A stretch of 63,424 nucleotides of DNA, the filler included, from Folioceros fuciformis (taxonomy: Eukaryota): the NCBI GenBank assembly GCA_049999805.1. It is 10 parts of 10 records of this genome, joined end to end, with 100 filler letters (N's around TTAATTAATTAA, not from the genome) between each part and the next. Parts side by side here need not be neighbours in the genome. Positions count along the whole stretch, not along the records: positions 58,298 to 61,816 come from JBNGIO010001914.1; positions 61,917 to 63,424 come from JBNGIO010001928.1; 8 more parts are not named here. One strand, written 5' to 3'. Below are positions 58,835-63,424 of this stretch, in pieces; the first letter of the stretch is position 1; each line of letters opens with the position of its first letter. Both the position numbers and the translations under genes were made by a program. The notes beneath the pieces are model-generated. The model had not been told where the DNA came from, made no database searches, and saw only the letters and a program-made list of their open reading frames with translations.

Positions 58835-61281
58835 ATGGCAGGCAGACCAGCCAGGAATGGCGGCCCTCATCGGCGAGGAGGCGGCGGCGGCGGCAGGGCG
58901 CGTGCATTCGTAAACGCGCGGCTGCCACATCACCAGCTGCAGCCCCGGCTGCAGGCGGCGGGGCAGCAGCATGCGGGGATGGACATGATCCTGCGCCACC
59001 AGAACCAATTCCAGGGGCTTGTGGAGCAGCACCGGCAGCAGGCGGCGGCGGCGCACCAGCAGCAGCATTTCGTGCCGCAGGTAGAGAATTCGTGGATGCC
59101 GGTCCCGCAGTGGAGGGGCGGCGGCGGGTGGGCGGCGCAGAAAGGGGGAACGCCGGGCCTCGTCCATGGGATGCCGAATTGGATGGCCATGTCCGGGGTA
59201 GCGCAGGCGGAGCAGCACCTGCTGTCCGGAGGTGTGGGCTTCGGAGCTCCCAAGCCGGGGGGAGAGCTGGACGGGTACGGCATGTTGCAGACGCAGCAGG
59301 TGGAGATCGACGGAAAATTGCACACCATGTTCTGCGTGCCGTCCGACTCTCCGCCCCGGGCCCGGGCTCGAGGGGCACTTGCGCCGGCTCTCGGAGGATT
59401 CCCGCCCTTGGACGCCAATGCTGCTGCCGCTCCTGCTCGGATGCTTCCTGAAAGGGGGATTCTGGGAGGGGGGCCTGTGGATGCGCGCTGGGCTCCGATG
59501 AGCCCCAGGAGGTCTTCCCCGCCCCGACTGATGCCCATGAGCCCCCGGCGGAGCCCGAGTCCCCGCCGGAACCGCCACCGGGCCCTCAGCCTCTCTCCGC
59601 TCAGGAATCCGTACCAGTTCCGCGGGCGGAGCCCGAGCAGGAATGGGGGGAATATCATTCTCCCTCTTCCGCACAGGCATGAGCAGGGGCTGCTGCCGAG
59701 GAGCCAGCAGCCGGGAATCCTATCAAGGCCGCCGGCCCCGGTTCTGGGATTGGGTTTGGGCTATGATGCCCGCCCTCATGGAAATCCCTTGGGCGGCAAC
59801 CCCCTAATGTCGCAGGGGCTGTTCGCTCCCATGAGCTCCAGGAGGGAGCCCATGAGTCCCAGGCACGACGCGGCGTTGCTCGGGCACAACTCCGCAGGGC
59901 TGGGGCTGGGGCTGGGACTGGGGCTGGCGCTGGGGTTGGGTAGAGGAGATATGGTGAGTCCGACAGGGCGGGACTACTCGCAGAAGAGGTACAGGTTTGC
60001 GGAGAGTGTGAGGGGCGGGCGAGGCATCCTGGGGTCTGGAAAGAGGACGGTGTTGGCCAGGGACAAGCGCAGAGAGAGGGAGCGGGAGCGGTCTGCTGAT
60101 ACGGGGAGGGACATGGACAGGAGTAAACATCAGCTGCCTCTTGAGCAAGCTATAGCCGCTAAGAGAAGTAAGATAGCAAGAGAGGTTGAAGACAATCTCA
60201 TTCTGTTCGAAGAGAGAGAGAAGACCGAGGAGTTTCAGGAGAAGGTGACCAAGGCGCATGCGCACTACACTCGTGTGTTGAAGGAGGACACTATCCGACG
60301 GAAGAAATACGAGGATGCCAAAAATGGGCAGCGCAGGGATGTCGAATGCCTTGTCTGTGGGAGGTAAGTTTCCTGGACTCGCCGACGCCTTTTGGGTTGC
60401 TGTGTGAGGTTGATCCACGGTGGGCTGGGGCGTTGTGGTCGGTTTTTGCAGCAAGAGCGACTTGACAAGTCTGGTGACACACACCATCCAGTCGGCGGAT
60501 GTGCGCAAGAGGGCTGATCACCAAGGATTTCACCGGGCCCTCTGCGAATTGTTAGGGTGGAACTCGTTGGCAGATCCTAAAAACAAACGGTCAGTTCTTC
60601 CCGCATTTAACAGTAAGAACAAGAAGGGAGCTGACACGATTATATGGCCTCCCACTGTAATAGTGGAAAACACTCGGACGAAGAAAACCAGTGATGGACG
60701 CTGGGTTGGCATGACTAACAAGGATATGACAGCATTTTTGAAGGGTTTGAAACCTCTACTCGCTCCAGCTTTCTGGGCAGGGCCGCATGACTGTAGGGCC
60801 TGCTCTGTAGTAAGGAATGGGAAGCAACTGCAAGATGTGTTGATTGGTTTTTCGTGGTTGTTTGCATGGAGTGGTGATGTTTTCGTCATATTGTGACGCT
60901 GCAGACTTGGGACACCCCAACGGCAGGTCGAGGCCGGTATGGGACCGGGAAGGACATAGAGGCTTCATGCTGGTAGAGTACGCAGCAAACGTGGACGGCT
61001 TCAACGAGGCAGAGCGACTGCACAAGCACTTCGAGGCGAATGGACGAGGGAGGAAGGAGTGGGAGCGGGTCCAGCCCTTTTGGGAAAGCAGCCTTGAGGA
61101 TGACAATGCAGATGAAGGGCCCGAGTTTGCGCGGGTGGATGAAACCACAGAGGAGAAGACTAAGGTCTTTTATGGCTATCTTGCACTTGGTAGTGATATT
61201 GACAAGTTTGGCAATGGGAAATGGCGAAACAGATGGAAAGCCATCAGCAGGGAGGAGATAGAAAAGCTAAAACCATCGTGA
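58835..61281 (+). CDS. zf-XS/XS-domain RNA-binding protein (SGS3-related, At3g22430-like); exons 58835-60363, 60452-60744, 60905-61281
   Basis: CLVC..SLVTH..HQGFHRALCELLGW; IIWPPTVIVENT; GHRG..GFNEAERLHKHF; YGYLA; two frame-consistent GT-AG introns. Confidence 0.87.
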
Positions 61282-62555
61282 CCTTCTTCTGTTGTTCCAT
61301 AACAGAGCATCAGCTTTGGCCACACCATCACACAACGAACTCAGGTCTAGCCAAGGTGATCAGCAACTGCCCTCCCTTCCTACACGAGATGTTTTGTTTG
61401 CTTTCCTCACTCTGCTGGTAGTGTTCATACATGTCATCCTGCTTCCGGATCTGACTGACTTGTGTCGTCCGTTTCGTGTCGCCTGCCGACTGTCCTACAG
61501 TTGTGTGTCTACCTCTCGTATGAGAGGGTCAAGGCCGTGGGAATCGTGTAGCTCCTTCAGAACCTGTCGTCGGATGTGTGTGGTCGGTCCTGGGCCAGAT
61601 ATTTAAGCCAGACATCGAGAGAAGGTATTGCAATTACTCGAAATTTGAGTTTGCAGCCGATCTGTCCTGAATGGTTTTGACTTCTGTTATCCTCCCAAAA
61701 ATGGGGGGTTTCAGTGCCTCTGTTCCGGTTTGCGGAATCAAAAGAGGTGATGAATAGAATGTTATGTCGAAAAAATAAGGCCGACAGGGCAGGGAACTGT
61801 AAACTTACCACCGTTCNNNNNNNNNNNNNNNNNNNNNNNNNNNNNNNNNNNNNNNNNNNNTTAATTAATTAANNNNNNNNNNNNNNNNNNNNNNNNNNNN
61901 NNNNNNNNNNNNNNNNCTCCGTCCCTCCCTGTGGCATCCGTGCCCAGTGAAATGCACGAAAGCAGAGCCAGGCCAGCAAGGAGCGACAGCCTTTGACGGT
62001 GGACCAGATCAGGAGAAAAGGGAGGGACTTCGCGCCCGTGCATCACCAGCAGCTTCGAATTATATCACGGGCATGGGCTGGGCTAGGCTGAGGGCAGCAG
62101 CAGGCAGCGATGCAGCGGCAGGAGATGCCATGGATGGTAACCCTAATCGCGGGAGCTGCTACGGGGTTGGGTGCAGGAGCCTGCTGAGACGGATCAGAGG
62201 GACAGGTTTCAGGTTTCGCGCAATTGGATCCCGATAGGGGTTTCCGGTGATGTGCCTGGGGGCACGCCAGTGTGCAGGATAGATTGCCCTCGTTTCTCTG
62301 CTCGGAACATAGTCAGAAATGCCATAACATTTGTCATTGAAAATGTGTCAGGTGCGTTTCTGTGCCTCTGCGTGTGTGCGTATGAGTGTGCGAGTGTATG
62401 TATCTATGTACTAGTTCCGTGTGCTGAGAGCTCTTGTTTGAGCTGAAAGACATTGGCTTTGCACTTCAGGGCAGTTGAGAAGCAGTGTGACTGTGATATC
62501 GACAAGGCTGTGGGATGTTTTGGTGACGCTCTTGTCATTGGGTGTTTGGTGGCAG

Positions 62556-63353
62556 GTAAAAAGCCGATCATCCAAAGAATTTTATTTTGGAGTGGGAATC
62601 AGTGTGGGCTTTATAGTTGCTGTATTAGGCTGCTGGGGCCTTCATCTTCTGTGGAAGTTTTGGTTAAGAGGGAAGGGATCTGACTACATTGCCTCGTTCG
62701 ACCCTGAAACTTCAGTCTTAGGATCTACAACAAGGTTCTCCTTTGCCGAGCTCCAAACTGCCACCAACCATTTTCGGGAGAAGTTGGGTGCCGGGGGATT
62801 TGGAGCGGTATACAAAGGAGTGCTGCAGGATCAGACCGTTGTTGCAGTTAAGCAACTTGAGAGAAAAGGTCAAGGCGAGAAGGAGTTTCGGGCTGAAGTT
62901 GCTACCATAGGGAACACTCATCACAAGAATCTGGCACGTCTTTATGGCTTCTGCTCGGAGGGAGCCCATAGGCTTTTGGTGTATGAGTATCTCGCAAAAG
63001 GCTCCCTAGACAGATATCTGCTAAGATGGAGTGATGAGGAAGAGATCGAGTTCAATCGTCCACTTCTGAATTGGGGGACCCGATTTAATGTGGCGCTGGG
63101 GATAGCTCAAGGTCTGGCATACCTGCACGAGGAGTGCCGGGAATGCATCATTCACTGTGATATCAAACCGGAAAACATTCTGCTCGACGACCGATATTGT
63201 GCTAAAGTTTCCGACTTTGGTCTTGCCAAGCTGCTGACACAAGATGAGACGCGAGCCATAACGGCTGTAAGGGGAACGTGGGGTTACTTGGCCCCTGAGT
63301 GGCTTGCCGACTCGCCTCTCACGGTCAAAGCTGATGTCTTCAGTTTTGGGAAG
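62556..63353 (+). CDS. Receptor-like kinase exon (TM + kinase, SD-2/G-lectin-type kinase domain), partial
   Basis: [92 protein letters not shown] and GT borders. Confidence 0.92.
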
Positions 63354-63424
63354 GTTTGTATTTATCGCCCATGTGCGTTTGTGGCATACCCAAATAAGCT
63401 GCTGTTTCATGACATGAGAAGAAG

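Overview
Eukaryotic (land-plant) nuclear DNA made of ten contigs joined by artificial 100-bp spacers (44N-TTAATTAATTAA-44N), so adjacency across spacers is not biological. Gene content (TRN1-like ROCO, PHD-integrase Gypsy, CRE-like retroelement, GC-rich genes) suggests a bryophyte such as a hornwort, but this is inference. Positions 1-32.7 kb are a graveyard of nested, decayed retroelements: several Ty1/copia elements, two related long-LTR families, a PHD-finger Gypsy integrase, L1-type LINE pieces and a kinase pseudogene. Positions 32.8-63.4 kb are gene-rich: RAD23 5' end, two convergent GPI-anchored At5g19250-like paralogues, a BET/GTE bromodomain gene, a frameshifted LRR-ROC-COR gene, a 929-aa uncharacterised ORF with a C-terminal TM segment, a CRE-like retroelement remnant, a PPR pseudogene, an XS-domain gene and an SD-2-type receptor kinase exon. 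The best novelty candidates are retroelement oddities: a copia Gag with a ~260-aa N-terminal extension including a putative membrane anchor, a 662-bp TSD-flanked mini-element with a 75-bp palindromic 'LTR', and a giant ORF1-only LINE. All family calls come from motif recognition; no searches were run.
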